Under the pieces are notes generated by a model, which was not told the DNA's origin, made no database searches, and saw nothing but the letters and a program-made list of their open reading frames with translations. 64,000 bases of DNA from Polyangiaceae bacterium. GTDB lineage: Bacteria > Myxococcota_A > Polyangia > Polyangiales > Polyangiaceae. Positions within the stretch are counted from its first letter, which is position 1. Every line of letters begins with the position of its first letter. Shown here in pieces: positions 1 to 10,522 of the stretch. The position numbers and the translations under genes are program-made. The stretch spans positions 64,001-128,000 of the forward strand of contig JANRKO010000011.1 in NCBI GenBank assembly GCA_033763455.1, read 5' to 3'.

Positions 1-2
1 AA

Positions 3-917
3 GCCAAGCTCGCACCCCTGCACGCCAACATCGCTCGCTCCAAAGCCGAAATTCGGGCCATTTTCGAGTTCTTCTGCGGCCCGAAAACGCCGCTTTCTCG
101 CAAGAACGCAGCCCAGGTGAGGCGCCTCTACTTGCAGATGATGCCTCCGGAAGATGAGCTGGAAGGCGCCGACGAAGAAGACGCGGTTTGGGAGGACGAC
201 GCACCTTCCTCCAACCGCGGCGGCAAGGAACGCCAGCCGCGAGGTCATGCTTCAGAAGATGAGGATTACAGTCACCGCTCCACGGCGCGAGATGTAGCCT
301 CCGCCACCAAACCACAAGCCTCCACGGACGGCTTGTTACGAGGGCTATTTCGCCGTCTCGCTGTAGCCCTCCACCCCGACAAAGTTCAGGCCGAGGCCGA
401 GAAGGATGAGCGCACTCACCTCATGAAAGAGGTAACGCGGGCCTACGAATCGAGCGACATCGCTCGCTTACTGGAGCTTGAGCAAAAGTGGCTAGCGGAT
501 GCTCCCAGCAGCGTGGGCAATGAGGTAGCCAAAGAAGTCGAAGCCACACTCGCTGCGGCCAATCGTGAGCTTCGCCAGCAAACCCGTGCACTCACTGCCG
601 AGATTAAGGCCATCAAGCAAAGCACTCCCACCATGGTCCAGGTCAGCCAGCGCCGTGGGCGAGCACCCGTCACCGAGGCGGATATGATGCTGGATGAGCT
701 CCAACGCATGGCCAAAGTGCTCGAGCACATCCAAGCCTTTACCGTAGATTTTCGCGAAGGCCGCATCCCACTGAGCACGTTCCTACGGGGGCCAGCCATC
801 GATCCTGATTTGCTGCCTCCAGAGGAAGACACCTTCCACGAGGTTATCGAGTTTGTCGTCCAAGAAATGATGGAGCGAGGCCCCAGGCGCCAAAAGCGGC
901 GGGGTCGGAGGCGTTAG
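3..917 (+). CDS. J-domain (DnaJ-like, HPD motif) coiled-coil protein, 5' partial
   Basis: Frame is open from the window edge. LRGLFRRLAVALHPDK...MKEVTRAYE matches J-domain helix II-HPD-helix III. Confidence 0.75.
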   Translation, partial: AKLAPLHANIARSKAEIRAIFEFFCGPKTPLSRKNAAQVRRLYLQMMPPEDELEGADEEDAVWEDDAPSSNRGGKERQPRGHASEDEDYSHRSTARDVASATKPQASTDGLLRGLFRRLAVALHPDKVQAEAEKDERTHLMKEVTRAYESSDIARLLELEQKWLADAPSSVGNEVAKEVEATLAAANRELRQQTRALTAEIKAIKQSTPTMVQVSQRRGRAPVTEADMMLDELQRMAKVLEHIQAFTVDFREGRIPLSTFLRGPAIDPDLLPPEEDTFHEVIEFVVQEMMERGPRRQKRRGRRR

Positions 918-965
918 CTTGGGTAGCCCTGCTCGCCGGTGCACGGGGCCCATCCCACGCGCCAA

Positions 966-991
966 GAAGTACTTAGCATGCAAAGTACTTC
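966..991. repeat. 26-bp palindrome GAAGTACTTAGCA|TGCAAAGTACTTC (copy 1 of a dispersed element)
   Basis: 13-bp arms with one mismatch, between convergent genes; similar copies at 7583, 30378 and 32421. Confidence 0.7.
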
Positions 992-1061
992 GCACGGCCG
1001 CAAAAGGGCACTCCGGCTCCGCCCCACGCTGCACGACGCCCACGCCGTACCCCCCACCCCA

Positions 1062-1853
1062 TTAAGCGTTCCCCGCCCGCGCCAATAACCCACCCAATCT
1101 ATCAATAGCTGCCTCTAAGAGCGCGTGCACAGGTTCATCGCGCTTCGAGCGAGCTCCGCCTCCCCAACGTGACCACGTCATGGCTATTACACGTTCGTCG
1201 TCACTGTACGGGCTGGGAAAAGTACGCAAAGCAAGCGTTGCTTGCTCCGTATCGCCAACGGAAAGCAAGATGTCGCGCTCGGGCACGTTAGCGAGTACTC
1301 GGCCTTCGATTAGGTTCTCTCCGCCAAGATCCAACATGTAGCTCGAGCCCACGGCGCCGATACCTTTGGTACCGCGCGTGAGCCACACACCCAGCGCGTC
1401 GCTGTCGGTGAAGAAGGTGTGGGCAATGCGCGAGGAGGTTTTAGAACGACGCAAGAACCAAGTGGCGTGTCGGTTCTCATCCAGGTGGTGCGTGAGGTAG
1501 TGCTCCAGCATCGCGAGGGAGAGCTCCCACGAAGAGAACGTGCCTTCGCGAGCATCGTCGTCTTCGATGCCCCGCACCAAGACTTGTAGGCGATCATCAG
1601 CAAATAAAAATTCGGTAGTCAGCTCTCCGTTCTGTAGTAGGAGGCTCTCACCTTCGATCATGCGGGCCACCTTGAGCTCCACCTCCACGCGCAGCGCTGG
1701 CCAGCGCAGGCCGATCGTCTCCCCGGGCTCCAGCTTGCCGCGCACCACGTCCGCTTGCCAAGCAGCCATATGTTTCGGCTCTGTACAGGCTCGCCACAAA
1801 AGCTGTCGCGAGGCAGGCAGCTGCCGTTCAATCAAGAGCTCCGACTCAGTCAT
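1062..1853 (-). CDS. Tandem SRPBCC/AHSA1-like domain protein
   Basis: LLIERQLPASRQLLWRACTEPKHMAAW is a typical AHSA1 N-terminus. Start reassigned to ATG 1853 because the ORF-track extension runs through the tRNA. Confidence 0.7.
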   Translation of the reverse strand: MTESELLIERQLPASRQLLWRACTEPKHMAAWQADVVRGKLEPGETIGLRWPALRVEVELKVARMIEGESLLLQNGELTTEFLFADDRLQVLVRGIEDDDAREGTFSSWELSLAMLEHYLTHHLDENRHATWFLRRSKTSSRIAHTFFTDSDALGVWLTRGTKGIGAVGSSYMLDLGGENLIEGRVLANVPERDILLSVGDTEQATLALRTFPSPYSDDERVIAMTWSRWGGGARSKRDEPVHALLEAAIDRLGGLLARAGNA

Positions 1854-1867
1854 ACTTTCCAAACTTG

Positions 1868-1940
<73 letters not shown>

Positions 1941-1960
1941 CGGGATGTTTGGGGAGCCGG

Positions 1961-1988
1961 AGCCTATCTAGGGGCTTTTGGGTGTCAA
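1961..1988 (-). promoter_or_regulatory. sigma-70-type promoter for tRNA-Ala (TTGACA-16-TAGGCT)
   Basis: Perfect -35 and a plausible -10 about 20 nt upstream of the tRNA. Confidence 0.6.
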
Positions 1989-2000
1989 CCACGGAGATCA

Positions 2001-2028
2001 TTGACCCACAAAGCATCGTGATTATGTT
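2001..2028 (+). promoter_or_regulatory. sigma-70-type promoter for dnaK (TTGACC-16-TATGTT)
   Basis: Near-consensus boxes 60 nt upstream of the dnaK ATG, back to back with the tRNA promoter. Confidence 0.45.
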
Positions 2029-2088
2029 GCGCCCTGACTCGCGGGAACCCACCAAAACGGCGGCTCGCGTTAGCGGAGAACTTCTATC

Positions 2089-3993
2089 ATGGGCAAAATC
2101 ATCGGAATCGACTTGGGAACCACGAACAGCGTCGTCGCGGTGATGGACGGCAAAGAAGCCAAAGTCATCGTGAATGAGGAGGGCTCGCGGATCACCCCGT
2201 CGGTCGTAGCCTGGGACGACAAGGGCGAGGTCTTGGTGGGTACCATCGCCAAGCGCCAAGCCGTCACTAATCCTGAGAACACGGTCTACTCGGCGAAGCG
2301 CTTCATCGGTCGGCGGTACTCGGAGGCGAAGGGCGATTCGGCTCGCGTCCCGTACAAGCTCCTCGAAGGCAAGAATGGGGATTGCGCCATTGAGGTGCGC
2401 GGCAAGAGCATGGCGCCTCCCGAGGTGAGCGCGAAAGTGCTGCAGAAGCTGCGGAAGGCGGCGGAGGATTACCTCGGTGAATCGGTCACCGAAGCCGTCA
2501 TTACGGTCCCTGCGTACTTCAACGATGCTCAGCGCCAGGCCACCAAAGATGCCGGTAAGATCGCCGGGCTTGAGGTAAAGCGCATCATCAATGAGCCTAC
2601 CGCCGCGGCGCTCGCGTACGGCCTCGATAAGAAGAACAACGAAGTCATCGTTGTGTATGATTTCGGCGGCGGCACTTTCGATATCTCGGTGCTCGAAGTG
2701 GGCGACAACGTGGTGCAGGTTATCGCCACCAACGGCGACACGCACCTCGGCGGTGACGATGTGGACGACGAGGTCATGAAGTGGCTCGCGGCTGAGTTCA
2801 AGCGAGACACCGGTATCGACGTTTCAGCCGATAAGATGGTGATCCAGCGCCTCAAAGATGCGGCGGAGCAGGCCAAGATCGAGCTTTCCTCCAAGCAGGA
2901 AACAACCGTCAATCTTCCCTTCCTCACGGCTGACGCGAGCGGCCCCAAGCACCTTCAGAAAGTGCTCACCCGCGCGAAGCTTGAGCAGATGATTCAGCCG
3001 CTCATCGAGCGCACCATGGAGCCTGTGAAGAAGGCTCTCGCGGATGCCAAAAAGCAACCGGGAGATATCGACGAAGTGGTGTTGGTAGGTGGTTCCACGC
3101 GCATCCCGCTCGTTCAGCAGACCGTCACCAAGTATTTCGGCAAGGAGCCGCACAAGGGCGTAAACCCGGATGAGGTCGTGGCCATTGGCGCGGCCGTCCA
3201 AGGCGGTGTCTTGGCTGGCGACGTGCAAGATGTGGTGCTGCTGGATGTAACCCCGCTTTCTTTGGGCGTGGAAACGCTCGGCGGCGTGATGACGGTGATG
3301 ATCCCGCGCAACACGACGATCCCCACCCAGAAGAAGGAAGTCTATTCAACTGCCGCTGATAACCAGACGTCCGTGGAAATCCACGTACTTCAGGGGGAAC
3401 GCGCCGAATCACGCTACAATCGCACGCTTGGCAAGTTCCACCTAGAGGGTCTTCCTCCCGCTCCCCGCGGCGTGCCCAAGGTAGAGGTTACCTTTGACAT
3501 TGATGCGAACGGCATTCTCAGCGTCAACGCTAAAGACACCGCTACCGGTAAAGATCAGCGCATCACCATCACCGCTTCGAGCGGCATCAGCGAAGCCGAC
3601 ATCGAAAAGATGGTCAAAGACGCCGCTGCGCACGAAGAGGAAGATAAGGCGCGCCGCGAGGCCATCGAGAAGCGCAACCGCCTCGATAACATGTGTTACA
3701 CGCTCGAAAAGCAGATCAGCGAGAACAAAGATAAGCTTGGCGGCACTGATCTTTCGGCTGTGGAAGGCCTCATCAAGGAAGGCCGCGAAGCCATCGAGAA
3801 GCAGAACGACGAAAAGGTCTCAAGCGTTCTTGAGCGGTTAGAGAAGGAAGCGCACACCATGGCCAGCAAGCTGTACGAAGCAGCAGGTGCGGGCGCCGCG
3901 CCGGGCGGCGAAGATGCTGCACCTTCGGGCGAGAAGGAAAGCAAGAAGAAAAAGGCCGACGTCATCGACGCTGAGTTCGAAGAGACGAACTAA
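2089..3993 (+). CDS. dnaK: Molecular chaperone DnaK (Hsp70)
   Basis: [37 protein letters not shown] and C-terminal [16 protein letters not shown]. Confidence 0.98.
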   Translation: MGKIIGIDLGTTNSVVAVMDGKEAKVIVNEEGSRITPSVVAWDDKGEVLVGTIAKRQAVTNPENTVYSAKRFIGRRYSEAKGDSARVPYKLLEGKNGDCAIEVRGKSMAPPEVSAKVLQKLRKAAEDYLGESVTEAVITVPAYFNDAQRQATKDAGKIAGLEVKRIINEPTAAALAYGLDKKNNEVIVVYDFGGGTFDISVLEVGDNVVQVIATNGDTHLGGDDVDDEVMKWLAAEFKRDTGIDVSADKMVIQRLKDAAEQAKIELSSKQETTVNLPFLTADASGPKHLQKVLTRAKLEQMIQPLIERTMEPVKKALADAKKQPGDIDEVVLVGGSTRIPLVQQTVTKYFGKEPHKGVNPDEVVAIGAAVQGGVLAGDVQDVVLLDVTPLSLGVETLGGVMTVMIPRNTTIPTQKKEVYSTAADNQTSVEIHVLQGERAESRYNRTLGKFHLEGLPPAPRGVPKVEVTFDIDANGILSVNAKDTATGKDQRITITASSGISEADIEKMVKDAAAHEEEDKARREAIEKRNRLDNMCYTLEKQISENKDKLGGTDLSAVEGLIKEGREAIEKQNDEKVSSVLERLEKEAHTMASKLYEAAGAGAAPGGEDAAPSGEKESKKKKADVIDAEFEETN

Positions 3994-4178
3994 CCAGGCC
4001 GGCACGCACTCGCTCGGTGAACGAGCGCCCAGCCCACAAATTGGAAGCTAAAGCGAGCAGTGCGTGGGCATTTTGCGAGTTTTGGTGCCCTCCCCCGCTG
4101 CCGCTCTTCGCGGCAGCTTGCCCCTCCCTAATGGCTCCCGATCCGGGAGCCATGGGCGGGGCGCTCACGGCGCCCGCT

Positions 4179-5567
4179 TCAGCGGCGGGCGACCGTGTTG
4201 GTTGGCGCTTTGACCATATCGATCTCAACGAAGTCCCGACCCAAGCTGGCACCTTGTTCGTCGAAAACGTTGACGCGAAGTACCCACGGACCGTCGCCTC
4301 CCTGCGGATCGACACTCGCGGTCCAGACATTGCCCTTGTGCTTCCAGGGTACTTCGAGCGCCTTCAAGCCTAAGCGAAGCTCGAAGCGCGGTTGTGATGC
4401 AGCCGAAGCAGCTGGCCCGCGTGGATCAGTGATGGTTACAGAGATGGTGACCTTGTCGCGCGGCCAAACGGCATTGCGCGGAGTGAGTTTGATATCCGCA
4501 CGGAGCGCTCGGGGGCGCAAATCAAGCCGGAGTGTTTCACCCGTTCGCTCGTCTTTGAAGGTTACCTTGGTTTGCTCATTGCGATAAAGGCCGACAGCGC
4601 TTGGCGCGTCGATAAAATAGTTGGCGCGTCCGTAGGTCATCTTCAAGCCAGCTACGTTCGACAGCTTCACCTGTTGGCGCGCACCCAAGTAGATGGTGTC
4701 GTCATTTTCACCGAAGCTTGACCCTTCGGGAAGCTCCGCGCCAAGAACGCGAAGTGTGCGAGCAAGAGGCTGATGAGAGTCGATTCCGGCTGAATCCAGC
4801 GCCTTGATGCGCACCTCGTATTTTCCTGGTCCGACACTCGGGGGCGTTTCCAGGCTGGTGGCAGGAGTCTTCACATTCACCACCTCTTTGCCGTTGTCAC
4901 CGCGGACAATCACGACCTGATAGGCCTTGGCTTTGGTCACTTCCGACCAGCGCAGATCGCCGAGCGACACTTCACCCCGAAACGCGGCGCGCACCAGTTG
5001 GCCTTTAAGCTCCGCTGGAGCCAGAATGGTCTTCTCTACATCGCCTGTAGGTCGACGTGTATCGCGAATACGTTCTGAGCCGGGCTCAATAGGATTCCAC
5101 CCAGCTCCAACCCGAGCAAGTGTCTGTCCATTGCGGTTAGCAAGCACCACCACATCATTGCTGGAGAACACAGTGGCGTGACCCTTAGTAACGATTGCGT
5201 TCGTTTGTCTGGATGCGGAGATCATCACCGCCGAAGGGATGAGTTGCTTCTCGGGCACGGAAATGTCCAAGCGCCCATCACGCACAAACACACTGTAGCC
5301 CTGAGTGACCTCGTTGGCATTCAACCGCAGGTTCTGAACAGAGGTAAATACCTTGAAGACAGTACCCGCCGCGGCCCGCACCCGAATTCCCCCAGGCAGC
5401 GAATACTCGGCCCCCTCGTCACCCGCCACAAGCAGCGCAAAGTGTTTTTTTGTAGCTCCCGCGACCAGCTCTATACGAGCGCCCGCGTGCGCCACGCTCA
5501 CAGTGGTGAGCAGCACTAAAACCATGAGGCAAGAACGGACGCGTTCGACCCAGCTTCTTCGATCCAT
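4179..5567 (-). CDS. Secreted beta-rich hypothetical protein (possible FecR-like N-terminus plus fibronectin-III-like domain)
   Basis: Signal peptide ending AHA; LRWSEV..AKAYQV...PGKYEVRIKALDSAG resembles FN3. Confidence 0.55.
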   Translation of the reverse strand: MDRRSWVERVRSCLMVLVLLTTVSVAHAGARIELVAGATKKHFALLVAGDEGAEYSLPGGIRVRAAAGTVFKVFTSVQNLRLNANEVTQGYSVFVRDGRLDISVPEKQLIPSAVMISASRQTNAIVTKGHATVFSSNDVVVLANRNGQTLARVGAGWNPIEPGSERIRDTRRPTGDVEKTILAPAELKGQLVRAAFRGEVSLGDLRWSEVTKAKAYQVVIVRGDNGKEVVNVKTPATSLETPPSVGPGKYEVRIKALDSAGIDSHQPLARTLRVLGAELPEGSSFGENDDTIYLGARQQVKLSNVAGLKMTYGRANYFIDAPSAVGLYRNEQTKVTFKDERTGETLRLDLRPRALRADIKLTPRNAVWPRDKVTISVTITDPRGPAASAASQPRFELRLGLKALEVPWKHKGNVWTASVDPQGGDGPWVLRVNVFDEQGASLGRDFVEIDMVKAPTNTVARR

Positions 5568-5658
5568 GGAGGAAAGAACGGTCAGAACGCGGGGAACTTG
5601 AGCCGAGGTGTGGGAGCCTGGTGCTCAAAGTACGAGCCGACTAGACTCGGGGGATCCT

Positions 5659-7506
5659 ATGTCACGCATTCCTGCATTCTTAATCGCTACCCTTCTTGCT
5701 GGCTGTGGTGGAGCCCCCGCTGCTCACGCCCCCAAGCCGCCGACGCAAGTGCTTGCGGCACCTAACGCGGGCGCTGAAGTAGTCGCGGTGCCCACACCGG
5801 TAACGGCTCCCGAAGACATCGTCGGTGTGTTGCGAGTTAAGAACCCAGCTGCCCTGTTAGACACGTTAACCGATTGGGCTCACCTCCCCCTCGATTGGAA
5901 GACACTCGCAGCGAGTCGCATGCCTGGGCTCACGGAAGTCGTTGCACTGGATGCACCCCTTGAAGCCTTGGCAATGCTGGCGCCGCCCAGTGGAAAGACA
6001 GTCGACGAACCGCTCGCGGCACTGAGCGTCGGGCTCAAATCCTTGGCGCGGGCCGTACAGTTCGCTCGTGATCAGGGGCAAGATGCCGAACGCATCGAGC
6101 CTGATATCTACCAACTTGGGAGTGTTTTGGGGAGCCCTTGTGCAATGGGCCCAGCTCTTGGCAAGACTCCTGCGCGTCTGGTTTGCGGGATGGATGAGCA
6201 AAGTTTGCGAGCGCTCATGCCCTACGCCACCCGAGGGTTACCGTTAGTTGCCCTGCCCACTACGGATTTGCACGTCGAGCTCCGCGCCGATCCCCTCCGT
6301 AGGCGCTACGCTGAGAAGCTGGAGCGTCTTTCGGCTCTCGCGCCGCTTGCTTTGAGCCAACTCGGCCAAGATCACCCAGTATTTGATCGAGCCCTCGGCG
6401 ACGCCGTGCACGCACTCACCGCCGAAGCCTTGGCATTGGTGCAAGATTTGGAAGCTATCACCATTGATTCATCCGCTGACGTCGGACAATCCAAGCTGGA
6501 TCTCGAGGTTGGGGTCAACTTTCGAAAGAAAACATCGTGGATGGCGCAAATCGTCGATGACCTCACGAGCCAGAGCGGCACGGCACCGCCGCTGTTTTGG
6601 CGCCTGCCCAAAGATGCAACGACGGCAAGCTTTCGCTTCAAGGGCTCGACACGCGGGAAGGACGCCATTCGAACCACGATCACGAATCTTGCCGAAGGCT
6701 TCGCCGATCACGAAGGGCTGCCTGAGAGCCTCCAGAAAGACATCGGAAGCCTGCTCCAGCTCGGATTCGATTTTGCGCCCGAGCAGATGGTGAGTGCCTC
6801 TGGCGAACTCGCTCAAAACCCGTTTCCGAACCTCGGCCGCGGCCCGGTAGACTCAATGCTGCGCAGCCAGCTCAAGTGGACCGTCATTGGCTATCCTGGC
6901 GCCCCCACCTCTAGCAAAGAAGCGCTCGGCCTACTCACGCGACTCGTAAATCACGCGTCCCTCAAGAGTCTCGCCAAAAAAGGCGGCATCGAAGCTAAGT
7001 GGCTCCCACGCGCCAAACTGCAACCGGCGCCGAAGCTCGGCAAGGGCGCCGAGCTCATGGAGGTCCGTCTCCCGGCAGCTTTGCTCGACAAATTGGACAA
7101 GAAGTCGAAACACAAGGATTTTTCCTTCTACGTGGCGGTAGTGCCAGAAGGAGACGTTACCTGGCTGCTCACGGCGCCATCTGAGGCAATCATTGCCGAA
7201 CGTGTTCGCCTTCTCAAAGCAGGGCCAACGCTCGCAGACCGAGCAGATCTTTCGAGCTTGAAGTCTGAACGAGCCTTCTCCGCAGGTTTTCTGCAATTGC
7301 CGGCTCTTTTGAGTTCGCTTGAGCCCGAGGTCGCGCAGAAGGTCCGCTCTGTACTCAACACCACCAAGAACCACGGCGAATCCCCCGCATTCTTCTTCTC
7401 GCGCCCAACCAAGATCGGCGCGGGGGTACGCATGAGCGTCTCGCTCGTGGTACCGCGTGACCTCATCGCCGACGGCGCAGCTGCCGTCGCAGCTGCCAGC
7501 TTTTAG
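5659..7506 (+). CDS. Hypothetical lipoprotein
   Basis: MSRIPAFLIATLLAGC lipobox; GGGGGA RBS; long open frame. Confidence 0.75.
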   Translation: MSRIPAFLIATLLAGCGGAPAAHAPKPPTQVLAAPNAGAEVVAVPTPVTAPEDIVGVLRVKNPAALLDTLTDWAHLPLDWKTLAASRMPGLTEVVALDAPLEALAMLAPPSGKTVDEPLAALSVGLKSLARAVQFARDQGQDAERIEPDIYQLGSVLGSPCAMGPALGKTPARLVCGMDEQSLRALMPYATRGLPLVALPTTDLHVELRADPLRRRYAEKLERLSALAPLALSQLGQDHPVFDRALGDAVHALTAEALALVQDLEAITIDSSADVGQSKLDLEVGVNFRKKTSWMAQIVDDLTSQSGTAPPLFWRLPKDATTASFRFKGSTRGKDAIRTTITNLAEGFADHEGLPESLQKDIGSLLQLGFDFAPEQMVSASGELAQNPFPNLGRGPVDSMLRSQLKWTVIGYPGAPTSSKEALGLLTRLVNHASLKSLAKKGGIEAKWLPRAKLQPAPKLGKGAELMEVRLPAALLDKLDKKSKHKDFSFYVAVVPEGDVTWLLTAPSEAIIAERVRLLKAGPTLADRADLSSLKSERAFSAGFLQLPALLSSLEPEVAQKVRSVLNTTKNHGESPAFFFSRPTKIGAGVRMSVSLVVPRDLIADGAAAVAAASF

Positions 7507-7582
7507 TGGAGGTGCGCTCCAACAACGGCGCTCCGTAACATAGGAGAACGACTGCGCTCGGCCTCCCGTGTAACGGCGAGTT

Positions 7583-7608
7583 GAGATACTAAGCATGCTA
7601 AGTATCTC
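7583..7608. repeat. 26-bp palindrome GAGATACTAAGCA|TGCTAAGTATCTC (copy 2)
   Basis: 13-bp arms with one mismatch, intergenic. Confidence 0.7.
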
Positions 7609-7700
7609 CCCGGGGGCCAAGTCCCCACCGTTCGTCGCGAGGTTTCGGAGCCTCGTTTCTTTGCCCCAACGCCTGGAGCGGCGTATGTGAATGTAGGCAT

Positions 7701-9689
7701 ATGTGCTCTATCGTTCCACGCCTTGGGATCCTGTTGATTGGCGGCTCTTTGCTGGCGGTGGTCAGTCCGGCCCAAGCCTGGGTTGAATCCTCAGTGGAAT
7801 CCCAGGTGGTCACCGTGGAGCTCGATCGACAGGGCAAGGCCCAGGTGACTCAGGAGCTGCTCGTGAACGTGCGGGGCGGGCCACTTGAGAGTTACACCCT
7901 CGAAGGCGTCGATAGCGACGCTGAACCCCTCGCTGACTCTCGGGTGCTCGACACGCACTCTGACGACACGGCTGGCATCCCGATCTCAGCGACTCGCCTG
8001 CCCAATGGCAGCCTCAAGCTCTCGCTGGAAGAAGGGCGTGGGCTCTCGCGCGGCTCGTATCTCTTCCGCTTCGCATATCGCACGGACCTGTTGGGTAGGG
8101 GGCTGTTACGTGCACAGGTGGGGCACGCAGAACTGAACTGGAGCGGCCCTCGGCTCGCTGACGGCGTGGATTCAGCGAAAGCCATCTTTCGCTTCCCGCG
8201 CGCCGTCGTACCGCCCAGCCTACCTTCCCAAGATTTGGAACGCACGGCGCTAGGGCTGGATCCAGAGCTTGCTGGGGTTTTCATCAGTAATCTAGTGCGA
8301 GGTCAACGTTACGACGAAGTCGAGGTCGTACGGCTACACATCGCCGCGCGCGAGGCCCCCAATTACAAGCTTTGGGCCGGGCTCGACGCCTTCAACGAAT
8401 TCGCTCCCGTGCCCGCACAAACCGTCGTAAACCCCGCACCCCCCTCGCGAAATGAGCGGTGGAAGGCGCCTCTTTCGATAGCTATTGGGCTGCTTGGGAT
8501 GGGGCTCAGCCTCTTTCGCTTCAAGCGCAGTCAGGGGGTTGCAGCCGCCCTCAGTGCCAGGGTCGCGCCGCTGATTCCGGGTCCAAATCTGCTCCGAATA
8601 CCGCTCATCGGGGTTCTGGTCGGCGTAAGCGCAGCCTGCGCCCTCTTCACGCAGATCCCTTGGCTCGCCCTCGTGGGAACACTCGCGGCGTCAGCCCTAC
8701 TTTTGCACGACATCTCCGCAGCATCACCGCCGCTCCGGGGCCCAGGTGAATGGAAGCCCCTGACGGTGAAGGAATTGTCGGCTCTCTCGCGCGCTAGCGC
8801 ACATGTTGCGACCGGGGGTGTTGGATCCACGCACTGCGGCGTAGCGAGTTTTGGGTCAACAGGTGCCGGATCAACAAGTTCTGGAGCAGTCAATGTTGGC
8901 GGATTGGCAAGTGCTGGAGCTGCGAGCACTGGAGCAGCAAGCACTGGTGCCGTAAGCGCCGGAAGTCCTGGAGCAACAAGCACTGGTGCCGCTGTTGGCC
9001 CCAGCCGGTTCGGATTCAGTCGCCTTTCGACCTCTTTCAAGCTTCGACTAAGCTTCACGATGCTCCTTCTGAGCACGGTTGCCGCCATCACCTTCTTGCC
9101 GTTCGGCATGAGCGAACGGGTGACGTTTGGGCTCGTTTGGCTGTGCTTCTTGCTAGCTCTTGGCAGCTCTGGGCGTCGGGAACATGCGCAGGTCGCCGCG
9201 TTCGGCCAGACAGTGACCGAAATGCTGAAATACAGAAACGCTTTGGCAAAGCGCCGAGGCGTTGAGGTGCGGGTGCTTGGGCGTTTTGGCGCCGGTAGCA
9301 CGGTGCCCGACGAAATCCGTCTACGTGTCCTGCCGTGCCGTGCCAAGTCGGGGTTGCTGGGAGTTGAGTTGGGAACGATTCTTGGCCGAGGAGGAATGCT
9401 TCAGCCGTACGTCTTAGTGCGTGTTATGGACGGCTCGCTCGCCTGCCGCGCCTTACCATCTCGCATGGTCTGGGTGCGGGGCAGAAACGCCGAGGAACGC
9501 GTCGCTGTTGTTGCGCCGCGCGTGCCCATGCGGAGCGCTACACGTCAGCTGATTTTAGAGCTGGTAGAGTTGACCCGTGAGTCCGAGGTGGCGGAGCTCA
9601 AGCCATCCCAGAAAGCCACCAGTTCCGGCGGCAATTCGGCTCGCGCCTCGAAGGCTAAAATGCGCGTATCTCCTCCAAAAGCCGCGTAG
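7701..9689 (+). CDS. Membrane protein with N-terminal exported domain (DUF2207-like)
   Basis: Signal peptide ending AQA; 'VTVELDRQGKAQVTQEL...FRFAY...LNW' pattern; several TM segments. Confidence 0.6.
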   Translation: MCSIVPRLGILLIGGSLLAVVSPAQAWVESSVESQVVTVELDRQGKAQVTQELLVNVRGGPLESYTLEGVDSDAEPLADSRVLDTHSDDTAGIPISATRLPNGSLKLSLEEGRGLSRGSYLFRFAYRTDLLGRGLLRAQVGHAELNWSGPRLADGVDSAKAIFRFPRAVVPPSLPSQDLERTALGLDPELAGVFISNLVRGQRYDEVEVVRLHIAAREAPNYKLWAGLDAFNEFAPVPAQTVVNPAPPSRNERWKAPLSIAIGLLGMGLSLFRFKRSQGVAAALSARVAPLIPGPNLLRIPLIGVLVGVSAACALFTQIPWLALVGTLAASALLLHDISAASPPLRGPGEWKPLTVKELSALSRASAHVATGGVGSTHCGVASFGSTGAGSTSSGAVNVGGLASAGAASTGAASTGAVSAGSPGATSTGAAVGPSRFGFSRLSTSFKLRLSFTMLLLSTVAAITFLPFGMSERVTFGLVWLCFLLALGSSGRREHAQVAAFGQTVTEMLKYRNALAKRRGVEVRVLGRFGAGSTVPDEIRLRVLPCRAKSGLLGVELGTILGRGGMLQPYVLVRVMDGSLACRALPSRMVWVRGRNAEERVAVVAPRVPMRSATRQLILELVELTRESEVAELKPSQKATSSGGNSARASKAKMRVSPPKAA

Positions 9690-10522
9690 CTTGCATGGAG
9701 CGCGTGGCGCTCGCCAAGCGCCGGATGCACTCCGCTCCCGTACACGCGATCCCCAACAATGGGGTAGCCAATACTAGCCAAGTGGGCTCGGATCTGGTGC
9801 CGATAGGCGCGCGATACCTCGACCTCTAAGAGTGAATGGCCATTGCGAACTCCGAGCACAGTGTAATCCGTCTTGCGCGTAGGTAAGGGAGACGCCTCGC
9901 TCTTGACCTCCACACGCCGCCCCGAGCGAGAGCTCGGCCCGAGTGCCCGCTCAACACTACCCGGACCTGGCACGCAGCCCTGAACCATTGCAAGATAACG
10001 CTTGATCAGCTTACCTTGAGTCAGGATGCCTCGCAGGCCTTGCCAGCTTTCGGCGTTTCGCGCGGCCACCAGCACTCCGGAAGTATAAGTGTCGAGCCGA
10101 TGGATGAGCCCGCCATCCCAACTACCGCCCAACCCTCGACATTCTGGAAACCGAGCCGCGAGAGCCTGAGCTAGTGTGCCGGTTTCGCCGGAATGGCGGG
10201 GTACCGAGGCTTGCCCTGCCGGCTTATTGAGCACCAAAAAGTCTGGCCGCTCCAAAAGTACGCTGAGCGGAGCGAGAGGATCAGGCTGCATTTCTGGCTG
10301 TTCCAGACGCACGCTCACCTGAGCACCAAGCGTTAAGACCCTGGATTTTTCTGAAGCTCTGCCGTTTACCTGAACACGACCTGCGGCAAGCAGACGCTTT
10401 ACGCCGCGACGACCCAACTCGGGAATGTGGTCGACCAAGAATTTGTCGAGGCGTTTACCTGCCTCGCTCTCATCAACTTGCCAAACGGTGAGCGCACGAG
10501 AACCAGCGCCTGCGGATGTCAC
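9545..10522 (-). CDS. RluA/RluD-family pseudouridine synthase with S4 domain
   Basis: RLDKFL S4 start, LNKPAG, IHRLDTYTSG, HQIRAHL..IGYPIVGDRVYG, LHA. GTG 10522 overlaps the upstream stop. Confidence 0.92.
   Translation of the reverse strand: MTSAGAGSRALTVWQVDESEAGKRLDKFLVDHIPELGRRGVKRLLAAGRVQVNGRASEKSRVLTLGAQVSVRLEQPEMQPDPLAPLSVLLERPDFLVLNKPAGQASVPRHSGETGTLAQALAARFPECRGLGGSWDGGLIHRLDTYTSGVLVAARNAESWQGLRGILTQGKLIKRYLAMVQGCVPGPGSVERALGPSSRSGRRVEVKSEASPLPTRKTDYTVLGVRNGHSLLEVEVSRAYRHQIRAHLASIGYPIVGDRVYGSGVHPALGERHALHASYAAFGGDTRILAFEARAELPPELVAFWDGLSSATSDSRVNSTSSKIS

Noticed and set aside
5649..5656. RBS GGGGGATC of the 5659 lipoprotein is complementary to sRNA loop 1 (GAUCCCCC)
   Set aside because: A single 8-nt match cannot be told from chance without genome-wide target prediction.
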